This document shows, one piece after another, positions 47,235-55,520 of a stretch of DNA of 64,000 nucleotides. The notes beneath the pieces are model-generated. The model saw nothing but the letters and a program-made list of their open reading frames with translations. It searched no databases and had not been told where the DNA came from. This DNA is from Pyrinomonadaceae bacterium (GTDB lineage Bacteria; Acidobacteriota; Blastocatellia; Pyrinomonadales; Pyrinomonadaceae). A program made the translations under genes and the position numbers. How positions within the stretch are numbered: the first letter of the stretch is position 1; every line of letters starts with the position of its first letter. The DNA lies in contig OZ244725.1 of assembly GCA_965219305.1 (NCBI GenBank), forward strand, positions 2,003,706 through 2,067,705, in the 5' to 3' direction.

Positions 47235-47304
47235 CCGCAGATTTTCGCAGATAGACGCAGATTTTTTATCCTTTTATCTGCGTTTATCTGCGAAATCTGC
47301 GGTT
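47233..47304. repeat. compact palindromic element (CGCAGAT family) between convergent genes
   Basis: aaccgcagattttcgcagatagacgcagat … atctgcgtttatctgcgaaatctgcggtt. The ywbE stop TAA overlaps its first bases. Confidence 0.9.
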
Positions 47305-47310
47305 AAATAA

Positions 47311-49311
47311 TCAACCAAATCCCAAAAACTTGCCACCTTGATAAGTTACGAGCGCGGCGAAATATGCGATTCCGGTCATATAAACGAACATAAAAACCGC
47401 CCACGCCCACGAGTTTGTTTCGCGGCGTGTGACGGCGAGCGTTGACATACACTGCATTGCGAGAACGAAGAAAACCATCAGCGTCAGCGCGGTGAGCGGT
47501 GTCCAGACGGGATTTCCGTTGTCGTCTTTGGCGTTGCGGATCGCGTTTATCAGCGACGGCGATTCCTCGTTGGCGTCCGCGCCGGTGTTGTAAATTATGC
47601 TCAATGTCGAAACGACGACTTCGCGGGCGGCGAAACTCGAAATCAGCGCGATACCGATTTTCCAATCGAAACCGAGCGGTCTGATGACCGGTTCGAACGC
47701 TTTGCCGAGCGTTCCGGCGAAACTGTTTTCCAATTGGACAGATTCCGCGCTTTCGCCGTGTGTCGGTTGAGCGTTCGTTCGCGGGAAATACGCCAATGCC
47801 CAGAGAATCACGGAGATCAACAAAATCACCGTTCCGGCGCGTTTGACGAAAAGTCCGGCGCGTGTGAAAACATTTTGAAAAACCGTGCGGAAATTCGGCA
47901 GACGATACGGCGGAAGTTCCATCACGAACGGCGGCGGCGGCGATTTTAAGATCGTTTTCTTTAAAATAAACGCGACGATCACCGCCGTAATTATGCCGAG
48001 AAAATACATCGCCAACATCAAAACCGCGCCGAGCGAAATCACGCCGTAGATCGTTTCGCCCTTGAAAAACGCCGCGATCATCAGCGCATAGATCGGCAGA
48101 CGCGCCGAACAACTCATAAACGGCGCGACAAGAATCGTCGCCAGACGATCGCGCCGGTTTTCAATCGTCCGCGTCGCCATAATTCCCGGAATCGCACACG
48201 CAAAACTGCTCATCAGCGGCAAAAACGCTTTGCCGTGAAGCCCGACGCGCGACATTATTTTGTCCATCAAAAACGCCGCCCGCGCCATATAACCCGTGTC
48301 TTCCAAGATCGAAATAAACAGAAAAAGCAGCAAAATCTGCGGCAGGAAAATCAAAATTCCGCCGACTCCGGCGATCACGCCGTCGGCGACAAAATCCGCG
48401 ATAATTCCTGCGGGCAGAACATTTTTCGCATAATCCGCCAACGCGCCGAACCCGCCGTCGAGCAAATCCATCGGAACGGTCGCCCACGAAAAGATCGCTT
48501 GGAAAACGAAAAGTAAAACGGCGACAAGAATAATTAAACCGAAAAATTTGTGCGTTAAAATGCTGTCAATTTTCTCGGAATTCTGCCGTTCTTCCGTCTG
48601 TTTCGGTCTGACCGACTGCTGGTAAACGTCGGAGATAAAATTGTAGCGCGCAAAGATTTTTGAATTATTTGTAACGATTTCGTCTTCAACGCCTTCGCCG
48701 ATGAACGTCGGAAAAGTGTCGAGATAATCTTTTTCGAGCGCGGATTCCGGTTTCCCGATTTCGGCGCGAATGCTTTCGGAAAGTTCTTTTAAACCGATCT
48801 TGTTTTTCGCTTTGATCGGAATAACGGGAACTTTCAGCAGTCTGGAAAGTTTTTTAACATCAATGGCGAGCGATTGTTTTTCCGCCGCGTCAATCATCGT
48901 CAAGGCGACAACGACGGGAATTTTATATTCCAAAAGCTGCGTTACGAGATAAAGATTTCGTTCGAGATTCGTCGCGTCAACGACGGCGATCAGCGCGTCC
49001 GGTTTCGGCAGATTTTCAAGTTTTCCCGTTAAAACGTCGCGGGCGATCTGTTCGTCAATCGAAGTCGCATCAATGCTGTAAAGTCCCGGCAGATCAATCA
49101 GACGCACAGCTTTTTTAGCTCCGTCCAAATGCCAAACGCCTTCTTTGCGTTCGACCGTAACGCCCGGATAATTCGCAACTTTCTGCTTCATTCCGGTCAG
49201 CGCGTTAAAAAGCGTCGTCTTTCCGGCGTTCGGATTTCCCGCCAAAGCTATTAAAAGATCGGAGTTGAGGACGTTAGTTTGTGTATTTATTTGTTGATCG
49301 TGACAATCCAA
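47311..49311 (-). CDS. feoB: ferrous iron transporter FeoB
   Basis: 666 aa with an N-terminal G-domain (GNPNAGKTTLFNALTG) plus a polytopic membrane domain. Confidence 0.95.
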   Translation of the reverse strand: MDCHDQQINTQTNVLNSDLLIALAGNPNAGKTTLFNALTGMKQKVANYPGVTVERKEGVWHLDGAKKAVRLIDLPGLYSIDATSIDEQIARDVLTGKLENLPKPDALIAVVDATNLERNLYLVTQLLEYKIPVVVALTMIDAAEKQSLAIDVKKLSRLLKVPVIPIKAKNKIGLKELSESIRAEIGKPESALEKDYLDTFPTFIGEGVEDEIVTNNSKIFARYNFISDVYQQSVRPKQTEERQNSEKIDSILTHKFFGLIILVAVLLFVFQAIFSWATVPMDLLDGGFGALADYAKNVLPAGIIADFVADGVIAGVGGILIFLPQILLLFLFISILEDTGYMARAAFLMDKIMSRVGLHGKAFLPLMSSFACAIPGIMATRTIENRRDRLATILVAPFMSCSARLPIYALMIAAFFKGETIYGVISLGAVLMLAMYFLGIITAVIVAFILKKTILKSPPPPFVMELPPYRLPNFRTVFQNVFTRAGLFVKRAGTVILLISVILWALAYFPRTNAQPTHGESAESVQLENSFAGTLGKAFEPVIRPLGFDWKIGIALISSFAAREVVVSTLSIIYNTGADANEESPSLINAIRNAKDDNGNPVWTPLTALTLMVFFVLAMQCMSTLAVTRRETNSWAWAVFMFVYMTGIAYFAALVTYQGGKFLGFG

Positions 49312-49323
49312 TTGTTTTAAAAC

Positions 49324-49548
49324 CTACTCATTTGTAACTTCGATGGCTTCGGCTTCGCTTCTTCGCATTGCCAGATGATAACCGCGAACGCGAATTTCAA
49401 TCGGACATCCGAACGGTGCGGATTTTACGACTCTGACCGAAACTCCTGGCACAACGCCCATTTCCATTAATCTTTTTGCCGATGCGTTTGTTGCGTTTAT
49501 ATTTTTTACTCTTGCGGTTTTACCGATGCTCAGGTTTGCCAGATTCAT
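49324..49548 (-). CDS. feoA: FeoA family protein
   Basis: 74 aa, SH3-like (…RL.EMG..PG…). Confidence 0.85.
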   Translation of the reverse strand: MNLANLSIGKTARVKNINATNASAKRLMEMGVVPGVSVRVVKSAPFGCPIEIRVRGYHLAMRRSEAEAIEVTNE

Positions 49549-49590
49549 AGAATTTACGCTTTTTCATCAAAAGCAAATTTATTCTAATCT

Positions 49591-49611
49591 AATTGAAAGT
49601 TAATTTCAATT
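49591..49611. promoter_or_regulatory. candidate operator palindrome upstream of feoAB
   Basis: aattgaaa-gttaa-tttcaatt is an 8-bp perfect inverted repeat. It lies about 45 nt upstream of the feoA ATG. Confidence 0.3.
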
Positions 49612-49655
49612 TCAATAAAAAACTTTTTCTCGTCAAATAAATATATTGCCAAATT

Positions 49656-50024
49656 TTACATAAACAAACTCGGTTGCTCATCCGATTTATCCGCTTTAAA
49701 ACCTTCGGGAAACCATTGATATTCTTTTAGGTCGCAAAAACTTTTTTCGTTAAAAATAACTTTTTCATCTTCCAACATTTTTTGCTGAAGATTTACAGGC
49801 ATCGTCATTTTTCCCGTCGAACAACCGCCTTTTGAATTTATAACTCTCTGCCAAGGCACATTTTCCGTGTCAGCGGCGTGCATCACAAAACCGACTGTGC
49901 GCGGCGTGTAGCCTTCGCCTAAAATATCGGCGATCTGCCCGTAAGTCATTACTTTTCCCGCCGGAATTTCTTTGACGATTTCGTAAACTTTCGCGCGGTA
50001 ATTCCGGTCGTTTGTTAAATCCAT
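49656..50024 (-). CDS. MGMT-family DNA-binding protein lacking the PCHR cysteine (alkyltransferase-like, ATL)
   Basis: 122 aa. Has …IPAGKVMTYGQIA… and VPWQRVIN in place of the PCHRV active site. Confidence 0.75.
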   Translation of the reverse strand: MDLTNDRNYRAKVYEIVKEIPAGKVMTYGQIADILGEGYTPRTVGFVMHAADTENVPWQRVINSKGGCSTGKMTMPVNLQQKMLEDEKVIFNEKSFCDLKEYQWFPEGFKADKSDEQPSLFM

Positions 50025-50029
50025 AAATT

Positions 50030-50293
50030 TTAGTCAATTTTCACTTCGCCTAACCTTTTCTTAAACTTTCCTTTACGCTCACGAAACCATTCGCGCCATT
50101 CTTCGATTGCTTTTTCTCTTTCTTCCCGCGAACTCGCCGATTTGAAATTAAGTCAGACGGAAGTTTTATCGCGCAATGCCATTTCCGCGAAAAATCTCGT
50201 TTGCAAATCGTCGCTCGAAAGTAAACTTAATAATTCTTCGATTGATTTGCCGAGAAATTCTTTTCTGAATTTTGCGAAATTATTTTTCTTCAT
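50030..50293 (-). other. 88-codon frame interrupted by one in-frame TGA (46 aa + TGA + 40 aa), between kptA and the ATL gene
   Basis: My translation is MKKNNFAKFRKEFLGKSIEELLSLLSSDDLQTRFFAEMALRDKTSV*LNFKSASSREEREKAIEEWREWFRERKGKFKKRLGEVKID*. The ATG overlaps the kptA 3' end. The final TAA is 5 nt before the ATL ATG. Confidence 0.35.
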
Positions 50294-50834
50294 AAATCTT
50301 CAGAAATCGCGGCGGAATTTCGTCAATCAGCCAGACATCGTTTGCCGAAACGAAAAAGCGAAAATTTTCCGCGAGTATTTTCTTTGTTTCAATTTGAAAA
50401 ATCACAGGTTTTCCATATCTAACGCCGACTTTTCGCGCCGTTTCGATGTTTTCCGAAAGATGAACGTGATGCCGCTGCATTTTATTTAAACCGTCTCTTA
50501 AAATCGCTTCGATATTTTTTTCAGCAGTTCCATGGTAAAAAATTTCCGGCGGCGTTTTTTCTTCAAATTCTATTTCGAGTTTTAAGCTATGACCTTGATT
50601 GGCGCGAATTTTCTTCCTTATTTCATCGAAGGCAAATCGCTTTTTATCATTTGTTTTGACAATTTCCGTCAACTCTTCTAGCGTTATAGAATTTCCTTTT
50701 TTCGCCGATTTTTCCAACAATTCTTTTACATTTGTCCAACCGTTATCATCCACAGATAAATCAATCGTTTCCGGTTTATGTCGCAAAACCAAACTCAAAA
50801 ATTTGCTGATTTTTGTTTTTTGCTTCTCGTTCAT
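50280..50834 (-). CDS. kptA: RNA 2'-phosphotransferase (Tpt1/KptA)
   Basis: 184 aa with …SKFLSLVLRHKPE…DDNGW…, …HGT…, …HVHLS…. Confidence 0.9.
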   Translation of the reverse strand: MNEKQKTKISKFLSLVLRHKPETIDLSVDDNGWTNVKELLEKSAKKGNSITLEELTEIVKTNDKKRFAFDEIRKKIRANQGHSLKLEIEFEEKTPPEIFYHGTAEKNIEAILRDGLNKMQRHHVHLSENIETARKVGVRYGKPVIFQIETKKILAENFRFFVSANDVWLIDEIPPRFLKIYEEK

Positions 50835-51476
50835 TTAAATTTCCCGCAGAATCGTCCGCGCCGGTGCGCCGTCGCCGGTTCCGCCTTGGAGTTTCAGCGG
50901 CAGACAGATTATTTCGTAATCGCCCGCCGAAACTTCGCGCAAATCCAGACCTTCGACAATCACGACTTCTTTTCCGAGCAAAGTTTTGTGCGTTTCGTAA
51001 TCTTCCGAACCGAATTTTTCGACCGACAGGTAATCAATTCCGACGAGTTTGATGTTCAGGTCAACTAACATCGTTGCCGCGTCGGGCGCGATTGATGTGA
51101 AATCTTTGCGAAATCCTTGCTCGAAATCGTTCCAGAAATCCGAGTTTCGCGTTTTGAAAAGAACTCTTTCGACATATTTTAAATTCGCGTTTTCGATGTG
51201 CGAAGCATTTATTTCCAAAACGTCATTGTCAAGTTCGATAACGCGGCATTTACCGATTAATTTTTCCAGATCGAGTTGGTCAATTCTGCGACCGCCTTCG
51301 ATGAAATGATTCGGCGCATCAACGTGAGTTCCTGTGTGAACTCCGCAGCAAAGGCGCGAAACATTTGCCGCATCGCCGTTTTTGATCGAATGAGCTACAG
51401 TAATTTCAACATTCGGATCGCCTTCGTAAACCGGAGTTTTTTCAGAGATCGGAACCGACACATCGTAAATTTTCAT
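50835..51476 (-). CDS. cyclase family protein / kynurenine formamidase-like
   Basis: 213 aa with the HTGTHVDAPNHF motif. Confidence 0.85.
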   Translation of the reverse strand: MKIYDVSVPISEKTPVYEGDPNVEITVAHSIKNGDAANVSRLCCGVHTGTHVDAPNHFIEGGRRIDQLDLEKLIGKCRVIELDNDVLEINASHIENANLKYVERVLFKTRNSDFWNDFEQGFRKDFTSIAPDAATMLVDLNIKLVGIDYLSVEKFGSEDYETHKTLLGKEVVIVEGLDLREVSAGDYEIICLPLKLQGGTGDGAPARTILREI

Positions 51477-51557
51477 ATATTAAGAATAAATCAGATTTGG
51501 CAAAGCGAAAAGCCTCTGTTAGAAATAAATCAGAGAGTATTTTATTATAAAAATTTT

Positions 51558-51845
51558 ATGAAAATTCAAAGAGAAGAACACAAAAATAAAGGCGCGTTTT
51601 TTGTCGAAGGCGACGACGGCGATTGGGTTGCCGAAATGACTTATTTCCGCGAAGGACAAAGGAAAATCGTGATTGATCACACGGAAGTTGACGAAGATTT
51701 ACAAGGTCAGGGAATCGGCGAAAAAATGGTCGAAGAAGCAGTGAAATTTGCCGAAGAAAATAATCTTTTGATCAAACCGACTTGTCCGTTCGTGAAAAAA
51801 ATTCTCGAATCGGACGATAAATATGAAGATATTTTGACGAGATAG
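51558..51845 (+). CDS. GNAT-like small acetyltransferase (YjdJ type)
   Basis: The start is set at MKIQREEHKNKGAFF…. Has …LQGQGIGEKMV… and …PTCPFVKK…. Confidence 0.75.
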   Translation: MKIQREEHKNKGAFFVEGDDGDWVAEMTYFREGQRKIVIDHTEVDEDLQGQGIGEKMVEEAVKFAEENNLLIKPTCPFVKKILESDDKYEDILTR

Positions 51846-51884
51846 ATTTTAAATACAAAAAAGTTGAAATGCAACGAGTTTTCA

Positions 51885-53234
51885 CTAAAGTAATTCTTCA
51901 GCGAAATCGAAATTCTTTGCTTTTTCCGTATCGGTGAAAAGTTCGTTGCGTTTTTGGAAATCTTCGTAAAGCCGATCATAAGTTGCAAGCAAAAAGTCAG
52001 TCGAAGCCTCGCGCGTATTATTGCGGACGGCTTCAAAGGCTTTTTCTGTTTTTTGTTTGCGAAGTTCAGGGTTTTCGACAATTTCTTTTACCGCGCCCGC
52101 AAATTTTTCTGCCGTCGGTTCGACGAGCCAGGTATTTTCGTTTGTCGCGTAAAATAAAAGTCCGCCCGCGTTCGGCACAACGGTCGGAACGCCGGAAGCC
52201 ATCGCTTCTAAAGGCGCGATTCCGAACGGTTCTTTCGGGTTCGGATGCACGAAAATATCACAGTTGGCGTAATAATCCGCCAGCGTTTCTTTGTCTAAAT
52301 GTCCGAGTTGGATAATCTTATTCGGAATATTTTGAGCGGTTTCTTTCTTGAGCCATTCGGCTTTCGGTCCCGCGCCCGCTATTAAAAGCCGATAATCTTT
52401 TTCGTCCTTCGCCAGAATTTTCATAAATTCTGCCAACAAACCGACGTTTTTCTCCGGCGAAATTCTTCCGGCGTAAAGCAAAATAACTGCATCTTGCGGA
52501 ATTCCCGTGCTTTCGATCATTTGTTGACGGACTTTTTCGTTTTTTCTGTCGGGCGAAAATTGTTCGGCGTTGACACCGCGCGGACAGACGGCGATTCTTT
52601 CTTTGACCGGAACGCGCGGAGCGTTAAAAAACTGCCAACATTTGTTGAAAAACCAATCGGAACGCCGTTTGTTGCTCGATCTGTCGAATGACCTGTAAAA
52701 TTCTTCCGCCGTGTATGGAGAATTGGCGATGTGATAATCGAAATTCGGCAAAGTGTAATTTCCGATAATGCGGCGGGCGAACCATTTTCCGAAATTTCCG
52801 GCTGATAAAAATGAGCCGATGTTGTCGTCCATTCTCTCGCACGAAAAATGCACGAGCATCGGACGACCGAGTTTTTTGAAATTGTTCGTGCGAATCATCG
52901 CGCCCATCATACTGAGCGTATATTTATCCGTCACCTCGATCATTTCCGGTCTTTCGTCCAAAAGAATTTTACGGATGATCGAATCGCCTTGCAGATATTG
53001 CCACGGCATCATCACGCGGTAACGCTTATCGAAAACCGGCGATTGTTTAGCGGGAATATAATAGATTTTGCCGTGTTCTCCGATTTGTTCGATCTGTTCG
53101 GTTTCTCCCGGAACGATCAGACGCATTTCGCGCCCGTGACGATTGGCGGCGGCGAGCAGCGCGTTATACGAAGTGCTGATTCCACCGGAGTTTTTATGAT
53201 AGTAGTTCGTAATATGAACTGTTTTAATAGGCAC
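51885..53234 (-). CDS. GT4-family glycosyltransferase
   Basis: 449 aa. The C-terminal half has the …EPFGIAPLEAMASGVP.V… EX7E-type motif. Confidence 0.85.
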   Translation of the reverse strand: MPIKTVHITNYYHKNSGGISTSYNALLAAANRHGREMRLIVPGETEQIEQIGEHGKIYYIPAKQSPVFDKRYRVMMPWQYLQGDSIIRKILLDERPEMIEVTDKYTLSMMGAMIRTNNFKKLGRPMLVHFSCERMDDNIGSFLSAGNFGKWFARRIIGNYTLPNFDYHIANSPYTAEEFYRSFDRSSNKRRSDWFFNKCWQFFNAPRVPVKERIAVCPRGVNAEQFSPDRKNEKVRQQMIESTGIPQDAVILLYAGRISPEKNVGLLAEFMKILAKDEKDYRLLIAGAGPKAEWLKKETAQNIPNKIIQLGHLDKETLADYYANCDIFVHPNPKEPFGIAPLEAMASGVPTVVPNAGGLLFYATNENTWLVEPTAEKFAGAVKEIVENPELRKQKTEKAFEAVRNNTREASTDFLLATYDRLYEDFQKRNELFTDTEKAKNFDFAEELL

Positions 53235-53363
53235 TTATGTTTATTTGGCGAAAACTTCGCTGACGGGAACTTTCCAATTTTCTAAAACTCGAGATTCTGC
53301 TGTTTCGCCCTTTTGATAAATTCTTTTTTTCCAGCGGATTAAAAAAGATTTGAAGAATTTCGT

Positions 53364-54176
53364 TCAATATTCAATTTTTATATCTTTGCGAACAATAAAG
53401 GCGAGCGAAACGGCGGTTACGATAATCAGTAAAATAATGCCGTCAATTCCCCAGTATTTCAGCAGAAAAATTTCTTTCCCGCCGTTGTATGTCCAAAACG
53501 GGCGGTTTGTTATTGCCCAGCAGATAAACTCGGCAAATATTCCGAAACCTATAATTCCGCCGAGTATTTTCAGAACTTCCCCGCGTTTTATCATCAGCGC
53601 GATTTCGTTCGGAATAAAAAGTATAAAACGTAAAATCATCATCGGCATCCGCGATAAATCATTAAGAAGCGATTTGCTGCCTTCTTCGCCGACGATCATT
53701 ACGTTGCGGCGCATTATAAAAAGCGTAAAAAGCGCGGAAATCAATGATACGCAGATTGAACGAATAATCGCGTCGTCGGTATGGTCGTTGGTTGCTGTTG
53801 CGTATGCGAAGCTGTATTGAACGAGAAACTCAAACAGATGACTGATTACCGGAACGATCAGCAGAATCGTGCCGAGTGCTTTCCACGCCGGTTCGACGCG
53901 GCGAAATTTTTGAATCAACGTGCCGCTGATTCCGGCAAACAGAAAACGAAAAATAAATTGTGCCAACGCCGCGCCGATGGCGAGTTTTATGGTTTCTTTC
54001 CCGGCGAGATATGTAATCAGAAAGATCGGCGCACGAAGTCCGCCGCTCATAATCGCGCCTTTATAATTCCAGTGTCTGACGAATTGCTTCGGATCACGGA
54101 CCAGATTTGCCCACGCTTCGCCGATTGTATTTTTCCGTCTTATTTCAGGAGTTTCTTCAAATGTCATCTCTTGCAT
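53364..54176 (-). CDS. polytopic membrane protein (hypothetical)
   Basis: 270 aa with about 6 hydrophobic helices. Lies between two GT4 genes. Confidence 0.55.
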   Translation of the reverse strand: MQEMTFEETPEIRRKNTIGEAWANLVRDPKQFVRHWNYKGAIMSGGLRAPIFLITYLAGKETIKLAIGAALAQFIFRFLFAGISGTLIQKFRRVEPAWKALGTILLIVPVISHLFEFLVQYSFAYATATNDHTDDAIIRSICVSLISALFTLFIMRRNVMIVGEEGSKSLLNDLSRMPMMILRFILFIPNEIALMIKRGEVLKILGGIIGFGIFAEFICWAITNRPFWTYNGGKEIFLLKYWGIDGIILLIIVTAVSLAFIVRKDIKIEY

Positions 54177-54206
54177 AAATGTAAAACGGAAACTTTATAA
54201 AATATT

Positions 54207-55436
54207 TTATTTTCCATATTTTGCTTGTTTTCTCTCTTTTTCTTCCCGTTGCTGCCGGCGAACTTCCGCTAAGTAATCTTTAGCTTCGATATAAACATTA
54301 AAAACATTTTCGAACACCGAATCCCAAGAACGTGAAAGAGCAAACTCGCGCGAGTCCTTTTTCATTGTCGCTAATTTTTCGGGTTTGTCCATTAGTTCAA
54401 TCGAATATTTTACAAATTCATCCGTGTTTTTTGCGACGTAGCCGGTTTTTCCTTCCTGAACGATAAATTTCGGTCCGCCCAAATTTGTAACGATGCACGG
54501 CGAACCGGAAGCATTCGCTTCTTGAACCACGTTTCCGAAAGCGTCGGTGTCCGACGGAAAAATAAAAATGTCCATATTTGCGTAAGCTTCGGACAGTTTT
54601 TTTCCTTCGAGAAAACCGGGCAATTCAGCGGTTTTCATATTTTTCGCCAGATATTCGCGTTCGGTTCCTTCGCCGACAATCAGGAATTTGAAATGTTTTT
54701 TACCCGCTGCCAACAATTTTTTTTCCATTTCGGCAAGCATCCGCACATTTTTTTCCGCACGCAATCTACCGACAAAACCGAAACGCAAAATGTTATCTTT
54801 AACCGTTCGATGAACGGGCGAAAACTTTTCCGTATCAACGCCGCGAATCATTAATCTTCCCTGCCTGCCCGTTCTTTCTTTGAGCATTTCGATCAATTCC
54901 TGATTCGGTGCAAGCACGATTTGCGGCATTCTGTAATAAAGCATTGCGCCGTCCAAAATTCTGCGCTCGAGAAAACTTGTCGGTGGATGCGTTATTTTAT
55001 CAGGAAGAAAACCGAGTTTCCGGCGAATTCTAAGCGCGGCGTATTCGTGCAGATTCGTGTGCCAACTGCCGACCATCGGCACATCCATTCTCCACGAAAG
55101 ATACGCGCCGATAATGCTCACGTCGTTAAGTCCGGTGATATGAAAAACTTCCGGTTTAAATTTTTCGAGTTCCGTTCGGACGAGTTTCAGATGACGGTTG
55201 AAAAGCGGATCGTAGCTTAAACCTTCGTCCATTCTGATCGCCAGAGGCGAACGCTTTAATGAAACAAATGTAATGTTTCCGTCTTGTCTGACTTCGGTTT
55301 TTTCTCCAGCGTGAACACAAAGAAACGGATAGCCGCGTTTGCGGACAAATTGAATCAGGCGGTTGCTTGTCATTGCCACACCGTTGACTTCTAAAAATGA
55401 GTCGGGAAAATATGCGGCGCGTAGAATCTTACTCAC
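54207..55436 (-). CDS. GT4-family glycosyltransferase
   Basis: 409 aa with …DAFGNVVQEANASGSPCIV…. Confidence 0.85.
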   Translation of the reverse strand: MSKILRAAYFPDSFLEVNGVAMTSNRLIQFVRKRGYPFLCVHAGEKTEVRQDGNITFVSLKRSPLAIRMDEGLSYDPLFNRHLKLVRTELEKFKPEVFHITGLNDVSIIGAYLSWRMDVPMVGSWHTNLHEYAALRIRRKLGFLPDKITHPPTSFLERRILDGAMLYYRMPQIVLAPNQELIEMLKERTGRQGRLMIRGVDTEKFSPVHRTVKDNILRFGFVGRLRAEKNVRMLAEMEKKLLAAGKKHFKFLIVGEGTEREYLAKNMKTAELPGFLEGKKLSEAYANMDIFIFPSDTDAFGNVVQEANASGSPCIVTNLGGPKFIVQEGKTGYVAKNTDEFVKYSIELMDKPEKLATMKKDSREFALSRSWDSVFENVFNVYIEAKDYLAEVRRQQREEKERKQAKYGK

Positions 55437-55520
55437 AGAAAAACTTTGTTGTATAAAAAATCAAAGGCGGTGCATTGACCGCCAGTTTAATAAATCCGGT
55501 AATAATAAAAAATATAATAG

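Noticed and set aside
31358-47304. Could the recurring intergenic repeats be a CRISPR array or its remnants?
   Set aside because: The repeats are inverted arm pairs, not direct repeats. They are separated by whole genes rather than 25-40-nt spacers, they differ in sequence family, and no cas genes are present.
31358-47304. Could the palindromic elements be integron attC sites (cassette array)?
   Set aside because: The architecture is suggestive, but I could not find the RYYYAAC / GTTRRRY R-box pair at the ends. The termini are TTAGCC…GGCTAA. The arms are symmetric three-word modules and are often nested. Most genes are larger than typical cassettes, and no intI is in the window. I kept this only as an analogy to be tested with an attC model.
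47303-48112. 269-aa ORF on the minus strand
   Set aside because: It lies wholly inside feoB in another frame. It has an Arg-rich, low-complexity composition typical of an off-frame read of a membrane-protein gene.
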